Part shown: positions 25,774 to 46,926 of the stretch, piece after piece
Position numbering within the stretch: the first letter of the stretch is position 1
How the letters are laid out: every line of letters begins with the position of its first letter
Assembly: GCF_032062105.1 (NCBI RefSeq)
Contig: NW_026930969.1
Location: 124,001-188,000 of the forward strand
Origin: Saccostrea cucullata
Lineage: Eukaryota
Length of the DNA stretch: 64,000 bases
Reading direction: 5' to 3'
Program-made: the position numbers and the translations under genes
The notes under the pieces: generated by a model
The model's database searches: none
The model's input: only the letters and a program-made list of their open reading frames with translations
What the model was told of the DNA's origin: nothing

Positions 25774-27646
25774 AAATGGCTGATGAAGTCCAATATCGAA
25801 AATTTAACGTTAAAAAAAATATAGCCATATTTGCTAAAAAAAATCATGTGGCTTGTACTCAGATAACTTTCTACTATTAACACTATTCTGTCTAATGTGG
25901 ATTTTTTTTATGAAAAGATATGTTTCTTAATACAGAGGTATTTCTTTAAACAGAGGTGTTTCAATTGCAATTTATAAAATTACATTTTCAATTTGTATTA
26001 ATTGGTCAGAATTTCAATCTGTAAACAAACTTGATTTTGTTGCTTTAATTTATATATTTTTGTAATCGGTTTATTTTTGATTTAATGTTATTTTTTTATC
26101 ATACCCTTTTTGATAGGAAGGGGGGGGGGGGTCTATAGTGATGACAATACTTGGGGGATCCTATCAGTTTTCTGCATCTCTTCCTGCCTTTGTGCTCTTA
26201 TTTTCCATTTCAATTAATTGGACAGATTTTTAGGGTTTTCCATAGAAAATGAAATTAAATTTTTGCTATTAAACTGCAATGGGAGAATATGTTTGCCTTT
26301 TTTGTGATCTTTAATAAAATTACCTCTATCCAAATGTTCTAGTTCTTTCCAGAAACAGTTTCACATGTGATCACATATATACATACTATTCCAGATTATA
26401 ACCCAGTGATTATTTTTCATTAGCAAGTGAAATTATTTTTAGTGTAATAAAATCATAACTTATTTATGTACATATAATTATCTTGTTAATATATTGCATT
26501 TATAGTAGGGAAAACGAATATTGATGAACTCGACTATCGAAAATTTAACGACCAAAAAAAAATTTCTTTATCGGTTAAAAAAATGTGTTTCATCAAAGTA
26601 ATATTGAATTCAAGGCAATAAACTTATATTTGCCCACTTTTTATTTACAGAAAATATTTTCATATGTGAAAATTACAGGGAGGTATTTCTTTAAAGGAAA
26701 TTTTCAAATCGATAATTTATAAAATACATTTTCAAAATACATGTAAATTGGGGTCAGTTTGAGAGTAATTAAACCGTGTTTTCTTTAATTTAGATTTATT
26801 TCATGCAATCATTGATCGTTTACACAAAATCTCATAATTAAAATTTATCCCAAGCTATCTATCTCTTTGTTTTTATAAGAGACACACTTTAATTGTTTAC
26901 CTGTCAAAGGTCATTGACGGACACGTAGAAAATGGCTTCAATTATGGGGTACATGTACTACCGTTATGTAAAGAGAGGACAAATCAAGCTTTTGATATCC
27001 TGCATTTAGATAAAATGTGCAGCTAATATATCAATTTTGAAATTAGATACATTGGATACATGTTGATGTACATTTTTTATTGTACTACGTACTCCGTACG
27101 TGTTTACAATTCAGGAATTCGTTGTATAATGGTGATAGCGTAGGTTAAATATTGTAAACTAGTCTGTAAAAGACAAACAGTGAAGATGATATGAAAAAAT
27201 AATTAAAATTAAACGAATATTCGACTATCGTTCGAATAAAGCATCCGACTATTCGACTAAGCTGCCCGAGTAAAATTGACATCCCTAATTTTAGACCTTA
27301 ATTCTTATAAACAAACATAAAATGTGAATGTAAATAAATAAAAAGAAGAATTAGAACTACACTGATTCTGTATTGCTCATATAGATCTATAACTTGATAT
27401 TTCACTCAATATATTGCTCATTGTTGGTGTTAATTTTTATATTTTTGTTATTGTATTTTTTTTTCATTGAATGAATATAAAATTAATACCAATTTATTTC
27501 AAGGACTTTAAATTAATCTTAATTCTAATTTTTAAGTTTTCTTTCTTGTGTAGTATGTCAATTATTTCATTAATGAAAGTTAAATCCAGTATAATTTCTA
27601 GACTGATCCAGTCCCATATATACATCAAAGGCATGGAAATATTTTT

Positions 27647-28357
27647 AAACAAGATGTGTTTGTGAAACACTATGCGCCCGGCGACAACATAGTTCAAAAA
27701 AACTATTTTTAGTAGATTTGTCACAGTCAAGGTCACAAGGTCGTTGACCTGGGTGTCATTTGAAAAAAAAACCTTATTAGTAGAGTATGCATACCATATA
27801 TGAAGTCTCTATCTCTCATGGTTCAAAAGTTATGGCAAAAGTTCTAAGAAGCTATTTTTAGCATATAGGTCACAGTCAAGGTCACATGGTCATGACCTTG
27901 TTGTCATTATACCCCCTGCTTGAAAAGTGGGAGGGTATATAGTAATCGGTATTTCCGTCCGTCTGTCTGTTTTGAAAGAGCTTCATTTGTGGAGTACGCA
28001 TACCAAATATGAAGTCTATCTTTCTTGGTTCAATAGTTATGGGGAAAGTTCTAAAAATCTATTTTTAGCATACATGTCACAGTCAAAGTCACAAGGTCAT
28101 TGACCTTGGTGTCATTTGATTGATTAATGTTTTACGCCAAATCAGCAATATTTCAGCCATATATTGTGTCATTTGAAAGAGCTTCATTGGTGGAGTATGC
28201 ATACCAAATATGAAGTATATCTTTCATGATTCAAAAGTTATGGCGAAGGTTAACGTGACAACAGACAAACATATAAATAGACAAACAGTGAAGCAGACAA
28301 ACAAATGGGACAAAAACAATGTACGCCTCAGATTTATCGACCTGGGCGCATAAAAAA
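27647..28357 (-). mobile_element. HINE-like element (second family) with internal tandem units and a nested fragment of another HINE
   Basis: Begins AAACAAGATGTGTTTGTGAAACAC, has repeated GTCACAGTCAAGGTCACAAGGTC units and a CAGA/CAAA microsatellite, and ends GGGCGCATAAAAA. The same terminus occurs at 47953 and (inverted) 53124. Confidence 0.7.
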
Positions 28358-28433
28358 GAATCCTGAGTATGTTAATTCGTAACTCATACATTTTTCTCCA
28401 GTAAGAGTTACCTCCCACATACAAATTTTATTT

Positions 28434-28723
28434 GAAACTAGAGGTACTGTGAGCGATGAGCTCACTAAATGATACCCCCCGCCTCCCATATGGTTATAAC
28501 TGGTGAAAAAGTCCATGTTTTCCTGTGGCCGGGAAACCCAAAATATGTGTCGGATCAAAAAGTAAAATAGGAGGTGCACAATGGCAATATGTAATAAAGA
28601 TTCTGTGAAAGTTGCATCAAATTTCATTCAGTGGTATGAGAGGAGTTGCGGATAAGAGATGGCTACCCCAAAGGAATTAACGATTACTATATACCCTCCC
28701 GCTTTTCAAGCGGGGGGAATAAT
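28434..28723 (-). mobile_element. Short HINE-like element (third family)
   Basis: AAACTAG...GTGAGC GATGA GCTCAC hairpin and GATACCCCCCGC at the left; CCCTCCCGCTTTTCAAGCGGGGGGAATAA IR at the right. A matching end is nested at ~27907-27970. Confidence 0.6.
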
Positions 28724-29070
28724 AATTTGGTATCATATACACTGTAATAACATTTCATTTTTCAATAAAAGTTACAGGAAGTTTAGTTGCACATAAAACC
28801 ACTAGAGTTTATAAATTTTTCTAGAATTTATCTGTCCTAACTTCTACTTGCATGTGGGGCCAATACAGGAGATGCAAAAACACGCACCCTCCCCCCAAAC
28901 ACATTTGCACGCCTCTTTTATGAAATAATGAAGCCCCCTAACCACCAAAAAAAAAAGGAAAAAGGAAAAAACATAACACAGCTACATTCTTGTCTCTACG
29001 TTTGTAATGTTCCTTTTAATTGGTAAATAAACCACACTTCCCATATTCTGCATTTACAACTGAATTTATT

Positions 29071-30206
29071 TTACACATTTGATTCACATCTTTCTCGAGC
29101 CGTTTCATGCATGGCTTCGTATGAAGTTTCACGCACTTCTGCACAAGGTTCGTGTGACGTGTCATGAACACCAGCATTGTGTTCTGGCGGTTCATGAACT
29201 CCCACGCACGGTTCCTGTGACAAAAGTGTACTTCTCGTGTGTCTAGAACTGATTTCCGCCGTTTTGTATCTGTAACATTTAAAACAGTTTACAAACAAGA
29301 GTACTCGTCGACAATTTGGAGTAAATATAAAGTAAATAAAAGGATTGATAGTAAAATTCAGATGAAGTAGGATAAACGCTATTCGATATATCACGATATA
29401 TGGTATCGATATTTCGATTTCCCGGGCTAATTTGATCGTATCGTGTATATTTATCGGTAACGTTGTCACGAGATACGACAAGACCACGGTTGAAACGATT
29501 TTGGACATTTTCTTGCGTGTAGCTTCTCTGTCATTTGTAATGGATTCCTTAAGAGCTCGCAGCTTTAGGAAATGGCAAACTAAAATGATGATAATCGGCA
29601 CAAAGGTCACGATTATCGTGATAACAAAATTCACCATTTTTCCCAGCGATGGATTTTTGCTTAATTTAACAGAATAGATGTAGAAGGACGCAGGAATGGT
29701 ACATAAAATCCATATGGAAAGAGATACACGAAAAACTGTTCTGTTTGTTTGTCTTGCCAAACTTGACAGAGGGTGGGCAATCATGAAGTACTGCTGTATG
29801 GACAGGAATGTCACGTGGGATGCTGACGAAAGAGCACTCGTTATGACCAAAATACTTAGTATAATAGCAACTACGTCACTTTCAGTTCCAGAAGGAATGA
29901 AAAACCAAGATGCACTAGAAATGTATTGAAAACCAAGTACAGCAAATCGGCCAATGCCAAAGCCGCAAATCCGAAGAAAATCGGTCTGTGGAGACGTCTG
30001 ATGCGGAAAATAATTCCGAGCACTCCAGAATTGGCCAGTATTCCAACTAAGGACACACAAGTAGCAATAACTATAATGGGGGAACAAAAAAGAGCTTTGG
30101 AGCATACATTTTCTTCCTCCTTGTAAACTGAGGAATTATTTGACATGGTTAGGGTTTCTTGTATTCTACTGAAATAATTCATCCTATTATCTGTTAATGT
30201 TGTCAT
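29071..30206 (-). CDS. Intronless class A (rhodopsin-like) orphan GPCR; 1-nt frameshift at ~29930
   Basis: ORF 29871-30239 gives TM1-2 (GILANSGVL, LALADLLYL). ORF 29071-30105 gives TM3-7 (LSIQQYFMIAHPL, SIWIL, TTLP, NFTINPFIY). One extra T in the T4 run at 29929-29932 would join them. Start could be ATG 30206, 30182 or 30146. Confidence 0.85.
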
Positions 30207-31052
30207 CAACTGATTAATTTTTGGAAACAGGTTGTCCACTTTTGCCGGAGGATATAATGGGATTGATAGTACACGTCATATTTCATTTGTCTCACCTGCT
30301 CGCTAATGTTACAGATTGAATCAATGATGAAATAAACGATATTAATTTGCCTAAGCGGTAAATGTTGAAGCTAGAACAATCATTTATTTGTTTTGTTTTC
30401 TGGATGCCCCACTGTTGGTAAACCCCTGGTTATCATCTCAATTAGAGAAGTCTGTACTGTAATGAATAAAAATCCCGTGAGTTGATGATGATGATGATAA
30501 AACAGTCAGAAATCCAGGGGGAAATCACCAAAAGAATATCAGTGCATGTTTTTTGGAAGGAGTGATGACTATATTGTTTTGTCATGCTTATTTTTTTTCT
30601 TTAGCTATATAGCTTATCTGTATTTATACAATTTTCATTTATTTTTTTTTTGCATACATTTCAAACTACTAGTACTTGACAATTAATCATGCATGCATCC
30701 AGAGAGGGGTCGAGGGGGTGGGTGGGTCCGGACCACCCTGGAATATGCAGAATTATTCAATTAAAACAACTAAAAGTGACCGTTGAAACCAGCACCAGTC
30801 CGCCCCCAAAGAAGACATGTACCCATTGATAAAATGGTATATGAAAAATCGTACGAAATTATGCTCAAGAAGTGAGCATCCCCCTTTTCTCACAAATTAG
30901 GTTTTTCAGAAGGATTTTTGTTGCTTGTCACGAAATTTGAAGTTGGATTTTATTAAACTAGGGTGGACCAGTTTGGTCACTTTTTTAATAATGTATTTTT
31001 AACAAATATTTTGGGAATGCAAAAATGGAAATACACACTGATGCAATAAAAG

Positions 31053-31053
31053 C

Positions 31054-31085
<32 letters not shown>

Positions 31086-31101
31086 GGAGAGGAGAGAGAG
31101 A
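31053..31101. repeat. (GA)n microsatellite
   Basis: Direct reading. Confidence 0.9.
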
Positions 31102-31131
31102 TAAAACAGAGAAGTCAATTGTTTATTGATA

Positions 31132-31506
31132 CAGGCACGTAGCAACAAGGGGGGGGGGGCTGCCCCCCCCCAACTTTTTTTTCCCAACATTACCATTATT
31201 GAAAATGTCCATTGGAAGGTTGGTTGCCCCCCCCCCCCACTTCATACCACAGTACAGTGATATCAAGAAAATGTAGTAATATATGCTCAAAAAATTGGAT
31301 GTGAAAGGAAGTTGGCCTTGAAAAAAGTTGGCCACTACACCCCCCCCCCCCCCCCACACACACACACACACAATAGATTTTCGAGTTTGGGCAGTTACCT
31401 TTTTCTTTTTTTCTTTTTTTTAGCTTGTTAGCTTTTACAGGTAAGTAAAAAAAAATTTCTCTGGTTGCCCCCCCCCCCAACTTTCAAAAACGATGTTACG
31501 TGCCTG
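31132..31506. mobile_element. G/C-run-rich MITE with 13-bp TIRs
   Basis: CAGGCACGTAGCA ... TGTTACGTGCCTG, flanked by TGATA on both sides. Confidence 0.7.
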
Positions 31507-31815
31507 TGATAACTTTGTATCTACAAAACAAATCGGTCAAAACAAATTTATCGGAGTCTGTTTTAATATTAGAAACAAATTAAGATTGCTAAAGTTTAAT
31601 ATTTTGTATTAACAACACATGTCTGTATAATATGTGTTTTAGTACCAATTGAAATTGAAATGAATTGATAACCTTGTTCACAAAGAAAGAACAAAGTATT
31701 TCCCTAAAGGACAGGAGGTCTACACAAACTTATTTAAACTTCTTGACTGTCCGTACCCAAATAAAACTATTTAATGGGAGGGAATTTACACTATCTGATC
31801 TTTTTGTAGCGTGAA

Positions 31816-31861
31816 GCGGTCACCCATTCAAGGGTTAAACAGGCTCGCCGTTGCTTAACTT
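31816..31861 (-). pseudogene. 5S rRNA-derived fragment (internal control region); SINE3-like or 5S pseudogene
   Basis: Minus strand AAGTTAAGCAACGGCGAGCCTGTTTAACCCTTGAATGGGTGACCGC resembles the animal 5S box A-box C segment as recalled (AAGTTAAGCAACGTCGAGCCCGGTTAGTACTTGGATGGGTGACCGC). Flanks are not 5S-like. Confidence 0.7.
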
Positions 31862-32264
31862 GTCTGAAATAGAGGGAGAATCTACCGCATCACTAGAAAG
31901 GCTAGCTCACTAGCGAGGCAGTATAAGTTCCCTATATACTGTCTAGTCCATTTTGGACAATTTGTTCCCCATATAAATTAGCTACTACTATTATTCTTCC
32001 TCCCGGAGGGGGTGGGGTTAAATTAATTTTTAAAGTAATTTTTAACATATAAATTCAATAAAAGTAAAAAAACAAACTTTGGAAAGTATGCATGTGATTG
32101 TGCGTAATATATGTACATGCATTTTAATACCTCACCTTTGTATGAAATTAAGAATAACCAGGCAAGCTAAAAATTCATGATATGATCGGGCTCGAGAATC
32201 AGGAAATCTATTTAACCTTTGACCTTAGTGGCGTTATCGTTGATAACCAACCAACGTGCCAAAG

Positions 32265-39912
<7,648 letters not shown>

Positions 39913-41328
39913 AACGTTGGAAAATGTCAAATGTTTTTCAAATACATGTAAGGTTGATTATACTTTTATTGAAAAAAGTGAGATAAAAGATTCCAACACT
40001 CTTGAATTATTGTTTTATCATTTGGGTAAAAAATTGCAATTATTATGGTATTTTAATTTATCATTGAATGTAAGATGAATAAAATGTTTCATGTGACAAA
40101 GCAATACTGGTTAGAGGAATGAGTTCATAGCAAGATCTTTTGTGAATAAACTCTTTCTGGCTAGTGCAGTATGTGATGATTCGTATACATGCACTCTAAA
40201 ATCTGTCATGCAAGGTTATGTTAAAATTCGTTTGAAATTACTGGTTCTCTGAACAAGATCATACAATTTTTTTTTTAAATAATTTAATTGACATTAAACT
40301 TCTGCTAATGTTTGAATACACAGATTTTTCATGTGATTTCATATTTTCATGAGTTCCAAGAATTTGTTATATATTGCTCTACTTTTGTCTTTCTTTTTAC
40401 AGTATATTGCTCTCACTTTATCTTTTCTTTTTTATGGTATATAAATTCTGCCATCTCTTAATTATTCTAAGTTGGCAGATTTCTTGCTTATTAGGTATTT
40501 ACTTTTCATGTTTACTTTTATAACTTATTTTATTAATTATCTATATAATATTGAACCTAATTAGTTTTTTATATCATCCTCCATACTCTGCTTTGAATAT
40601 GTTTCTTTGTGCATGATTCTTGTTATTTTGTTTTTTAACAAATGAACAAATATTGAAAGAAGTTAAGTTTGTATATTTCAATCCACAGGGTACGGCTTTT
40701 GTTCGACTCCATTAGAATTCATAATAATCAATTTCACCAAACAATTGATTTCAGTTCAATCTCGGTGTCAATGAACAGATTTGAATAACAACTCTTGTTT
40801 TTTCTGTGCTATGTTTGTTAGAAAGTTGTATGAATGATTTCTTTCTGTCCAATTTTATTTTATAAAATGTCAGTGGTTATGCATGATGTTGAGGAGCTGT
40901 TTGTTTGTGTACATCAGTCAATCATGTTCAATTTAAGCATTATTTATTTGTTGATTTCTTTTTATGACATTTGATCATTATGTTATAATAAATGTAAGTC
41001 AGAGATTCCAAGAAACCAAATATAGTATAGTAAAGTTTACAACAAATAAACAGAATGTTTATTCAAGCTATAGTTTTTTATTCAAGCTAAAACAATGTTC
41101 TTTAATTGTGACTTTAGAGAAGGTTTTTTAATCAAAAGTCAAATTTATTGTTTGACTGTCATTCTCACAATTCCCCTTACATTGCATAAAAAACTGACAT
41201 ATTTAATTTACAAATGGAAGGAGGAAGAAGAAACATTTATTTTATTAATTTTTTTGTTGTTATTTTTTTGATGCATGGCCTTTGGGGGAAATATTTTTTA
41301 AAAAAAGAAAAGGAAAAGGTTTGGTAAT

Positions 41329-42070
41329 TATGGAATGCCATATACGACAGCCAACTTTTAGCCAACTATATTTTACACACAATATCAAAAAATTTTATAT
41401 TTATATTGATATTTATATTGTTTTCAAAAAAAAAAAATATGATTCACATCATACAGGGAAGCATTTTTTTACAAGAGGATGTAAAACAATGTAAAACATT
41501 ATGTTTTAATTTATGTAATATTCAATATAAATTTCTTTCAAACTGTGTTTATTTTTATTTTCTTAAAACTTTGCATATAGCATAAAAAAAAGATGTACAT
41601 GTTTGTGATAAAGATGTTTTGAAAATAATCCGTCATATTTTCCATTTTTGATGAAAATTGAAACAAAAAAGAGAATCTCTGTGTCAAAAATTGACAAATT
41701 TTGTAAATTAAATGTGACCTCTGTATATCATAAAATGAAAAGGGTTAAGAAGATAAGTAACAGTGATCAATCTCAGAAAATCCATAAACAATATAAATAG
41801 GGCATAAAGACAAACCTTAGATATTCCAAAGGTGGGATCAGATGTCTAGGAGGTGTAAGCATCCCCAAATTTAATCAAATATGGTGGCAGTTAGCAGTGA
41901 GCCCTAACCTTATGCAGTTGGCTCAAGTATATGGCAACATTCTTCTTTTTGAAAATTCATATAAATATCAATATAAAAAAAATTTACAAATATATGGCCT
42001 AAAAATGACAGTTGTAAAACAAGTCAGCAGTTGGCAGTAAGCAGTTGGCTGTCGTATATGGCATTCCATA
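41329..42070. mobile_element. TIR element (TATGG...CCATA) with perfect 6-bp TSD GGTAAT; IS3EU-like
   Basis: TATGGAATGCCATATACGACAGCCAACT ... AGTTGGCTGTCGTATATGGCATTCCATA (28-bp perfect TIR). GGTAAT at 41323-41328 and 42071-42076. Confidence 0.85.
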
Positions 42071-43290
42071 GGTAATGTGCTAACTTTTAGCTCTATGTGT
42101 TACACAAATATCAAAAACATTTAGGATTGGGACAGCTTGCAAACTTTTTTTGTGAATACATATATGTATTATACAGGGAAGCTATAAGCGGTGACAATTA
42201 TTATAAAATTTTTTTGATGAAATTCAAATATGATTCTTTTTTTATGTAAAATCACATAAGCAGAATATGTACATGTATGTGATATTGGTGCATGAAAATA
42301 ATCCGTCAACCCAATTTTGATGAAAATTGAAACAAAAATAAGAAAAATCAAAAATTGACAAATTTTGTAAATTAAATTATTTGTCATAAAATCAAAATAA
42401 GAAGATAAGTAACAGTTATTCAGAAAATCCATAAACAATATAATTTACATGCTCTTGATTCCGCAAATTCACGTGCTACAACCCCCGCTACTGTCTCTGT
42501 CCCGCCAAGCACGTGATTTTTTTAACCATGCCTATCGATGAGCCAATGCATTTGTGTCAAAATAACGTATTTTAACTATTTGTAATTTTATCTCGGACAA
42601 AGAAATTGGAAATGTAAATATAAGAGGTTGTAGAAATCCATAACTTCAACTTATCTGTCAGTAGCCTGCATGGAAAAGGTCCCTTGTAATCAACCATTGC
42701 GCCGTTTTAAGAAACATCACAAACCCGTCATAAAAGGGGGTTTGGTCCTTTGTTAGTTACACAGAAAATATTACCTTCACGGAGATCTTAAAGTTCTCAT
42801 CACATAGGGAGTACCTTCTATTAGGTACAAAGCGGCATTTCTTTACATTTTCATTGGTAATTTTTCTATAGAACACGTGTAAATGGTTTGTATTTTGTTC
42901 ATTAATATCTCTGCAACACTAACAAAAGAAAGTTATATATGTAAAAGTTTAGTGAAATTGTACACGACATTAGCTTAATTGTAACTTACAACAAATGATA
43001 AAAAAAAAATTAGAGAACCTTTGATATGCCTTCATCTTCGATCCCAACCTATACTCATACGTATACACCGAGTAACTGTCCACATATATTTTGGAAAGAT
43101 TAAATTTTAAATTTATAGTCTGTAAAAGCTCCTGCATACATTTGGCTACATCACGATGATTAGATTACTAGTATTTAAATCTGAAAATTAAGTAGTAACT
43201 TGGAAAACGGATAAACAATCATACCACATTTATTCAAATTAAAATAATTAAGTACATAAACATTTCATTGTCAGTGAGAGGAATACTGTT

Positions 43291-46200
43291 TTAATTTTTG
43301 GCACTTTTAGAGCGGTCTATAATATACTCCACTTTATTTTTTTCCTCCTGTGTGAGGTCCTCTTCATATTTTGGAATCGAGAGTTCATAGCAGCATCTCT
43401 TACAACGATCATGAACTATAGCAATCCGTTGTTCCTTATTCGCACGTCTTTGCTTGGTGAGGGAGGCGCTCTTATGACTTCGGCCTGCAAGGGACATATC
43501 AATTTTAGGGAAAGATGTTTTAGCTCGCTTCACATGCTTTTTCTTTTTCTTCTTCACTCTTGGTTCGTCAAATGACACTAGAGGTCGCTGATACAGCGCA
43601 GACGTCGCATTTTCAGACGAGTATGTTTTTGCCGAAGCTTGAGTCATGTGGGTTTTCCGGGAAACTCCGTCAGTTTGCGCTTCTCTATCCGTGTCAGTTT
43701 CTTCGTTGTCGGAAAGTCCCGCTCCTTCCCCCGGATCGTCGATGATCTCTTCCTCGCTGCTGGCATCTGCCTCGTTGTCAGCCATTGCCCCCTCATCTAC
43801 CTGTCCATTTTCCTCATCTTCTTTTAAAATCTCGTCAATTGTATCCTTTAGGTTTTCATTTTCCTTATCTCGACTTTCATCATTGTCCTTTTCGTTTTCT
43901 TTCCCCGTCTTTTCCTGTTCAGGAGGTGATTCTGATGAAATATCTCCTTCTTCATCAAACGTAATATCCGCTGGTTTATTGGCGTTTTCGACCATTTTGA
44001 GAGACGTGTCTATGTATATAGATGACATTTTGCTTTGATTGTCCATTGTTCTGTTTATTTCCTCTATAAGTTTGTCCATGGTATCATCTTCCTCGCACTG
44101 TGATATACTCCTCAGTTCTTTATCACCTTTGGAACTTTGCATACTTTCAGACTGTCTTCCATTATCGACATGTGAAATCTTATTAGACACCTTCTTCTTT
44201 TTCTTCTCAACTTCAACCCCCTTTGGAGAGATCATCTTTGAGAATCGATGTTTCCGTATTTTCGGTAATCCTTGTAATGCACTGGCTTTTAATATCAATT
44301 CTTCTTTATGTGTCATTCTCCTTGGACTGGGCTTTTTGATCGGCTCCAACATATTCTGAAGACAACGACTTCGAAGGTGATGAAATGACAGGTCTTCTGC
44401 ACTTTCAACGTATTTCACGACTTTTGGATAGTCTTCCGTTTTCAGATCTTCAACAAACTTTGTTATAGTGTGTTCAAATGGACATCTTTTGCAATTAACT
44501 CTTAAAATTGCAATCCTGTGGTTTCTCTGTGCCATTCTCATTTCATGAGCGGACTGTCGAAGCTTTTCATCATCACGTGTGCTTTTAGCGGGCTTGGGTT
44601 TTTGCACCCTGTCCGTAAACACGACTGGGTAATCATTGAACGACACCCCAGTTTTGACAGGTGGCGGTATGCTTTCTGTGTCCTCATCCTCCTTCTCCAC
44701 GACATCTCCAGTCACGTCTGCTGGAATCTGGGAAATCTCTTCTAAATGCTCTGTTTCAATGGTTTCCTCAATATGTTTCGTATCGTCTGCTTCTTCCTTT
44801 TTGAAAGAACTCCCGCCGTCTGTTGTTGTTTCCGTCTGTTTACTTTCATCATCCATCAATTCATCCAGCATTTCATTGAAATAATCGAAATTCGGCGGTG
44901 GTTTCTTGTGGGATTTTTTACTTTGTCTTGTTGTCGGCCGGAGGTATTCTTCATATTTATCCTCGCTAATATGAACAAGGTCTTTCATATGCGTGCCAAC
45001 TGGTGGTTTGACACTGAAATCGAACATATGTTGACGAATATCAAAGCCACTGCCAAGATGTTTTCTTTTCTTGCTCGTGCGAACGAGAACTGCGTTAAAA
45101 CAATTAAGGAGGCTGCCCATGATGACTGGAATTATACTTATGATCGCCATGTAAAATCCATATTCAAGAGAAATCTGTTTTCCGCTGTTATTGTAGGCGA
45201 ATGAGTATGCTGCGATGATGATTAGAAGACCTGTGTAAAATATATATTAAAAAAAAAAATCCATAATCGGAGTAAAATCTACACTATGTATGTGCCATAT
45301 AAATAATGTCAAACAAATAGTACTTTGTATAATACTGTTTGTGTAAAACTGATCAGATGATTTCTTGCTTTTATAGCCAAACAGGGCATATTATTATGAA
45401 CGAGACAAATGTACAGTATGAGAACATACACGAAATAAACTCTTCTTTGTATTAAAAAAGAAAAAATAAACACACCAGAATCACATTTCAAAATATTATT
45501 CATATCGGGGCCAAATTTGACTCATATCAGATAAAGTCCTTTAAAATTGAACTCACCTGCGACAATACCAGTCCCTGCGGAGCCGTAGAGTAGTCTTCTC
45601 TTGGTTCTGTACTCCCAGTAAAATTGTAGAAACCCTGTCCCCGTGGATACAAAGTAAAAGAAGAGTCCCAGACTGGCCATAGCCTGGACAAAATCCTTCC
45701 AAGATCCTACAATACAAAAAATATTTGGAATGGTGCATTTAACATAAACCTGTATACATATACATGTATCGCCGTTTTAAAAATGTAAAATCACTTATCC
45801 TCACGGGTTGGGAGGGGGTATCTGTTGATTGGTATTTTATTTCGTAGATGAAGAACTGTTAAGTTGTTGTTATGTACATTTTACATTTCGTGAAAGACTA
45901 ATTGTTGGGCCTCTTTATACCCCGAAAGCAATGAAAATGAAACTCTTGCAAAATAAGTTATTTCATAGAGCCTTGTTTTACTTATATTTATGTCTATAAT
46001 ACAAGGTCATTTACATTTTGTGTTTCAAAAGTTAAACTACTGAATATACGGATAGATACAGCAGTCAGTCAAGACAATAGCAGTTAAATGACTTTGTGAT
46101 TGCCAATAAAAATGGAGCAAGGCTAAGGCCAAATTATTCTATAAACAAATTAAGAATATTTTTGCCTTACCCCCTCCCCTTCATTTTTTTAAAGTTATAT

Positions 46201-46926
46201 TTGTAAGAGAACCATTATATACTTTCAAGAATATTTTAGAATAAAAAAGACAAGAGATATATCCAGACATCAGAAAAAATGCTGATGTTTTGATAACTAA
46301 CATTTTAGTTTTATCGTCACCTTCTAGTTCCTGTTTTATAAGTAATATCATCACAAGACAGAGTGAAAAAATTGGAAATAAAAAAGAAAAGAAAATAGTG
46401 TTATTTATACTGGGGCTTATTAAGGTAAATGATAATTTCAATGGTTAATATGTTCCTGACTAAGGGTTGAACATCCTTTAATCCAGAATTTACCGGTATG
46501 TCTAAAATATTACTTGGGATGTTATACCGAAATAACTGTATTTTCTTACTTGGGATGTTATACCGAAATAACTGTATTTTCTATACGAACGCCCAGTATC
46601 TTCCCTTTTCACTAGTAAAAGTTCCAATAAATCAAAAAATAATTTTTTTCAGCGGTAAAAACGTACATGCATAACACACTGCATTTACCATGCTGTTAAA
46701 TATAGAACTTACCATCCACATTAGAAAGATGGAAAGAGTCGCACTCAGATTTAAGAAAGTCCTCGATACAAGTCATAAAGAGTCCATATCGGTGGATTTG
46801 TGTGGCGTCCGTCGACGTGTATTTAGCCCAGTGTGGTAGTCCATACGCAACCACATAGTCTATAAATCCCAGGAGGATGAAAAGAAAAGTGATTTTGCGC
46901 AAAAGCGCTCGCGCCTTTTGGTTCAT
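43291..46926 (-). CDS. Claudin/PMP22/EMP-like four-TM protein A with ~600-aa acidic C-terminal tail
   Basis: Exons 46926-46713, 45706-45557 and 45230-43291 (GT-AG, phase 1). TM1 then PHW...YGLFMTC...C (variant of W-GLW-C-C), TM2-3 QAMASLGLFFYF...LLYGSAGTGIVAGLLIII, TM4 YGFYMAIISII. Confidence 0.85.
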
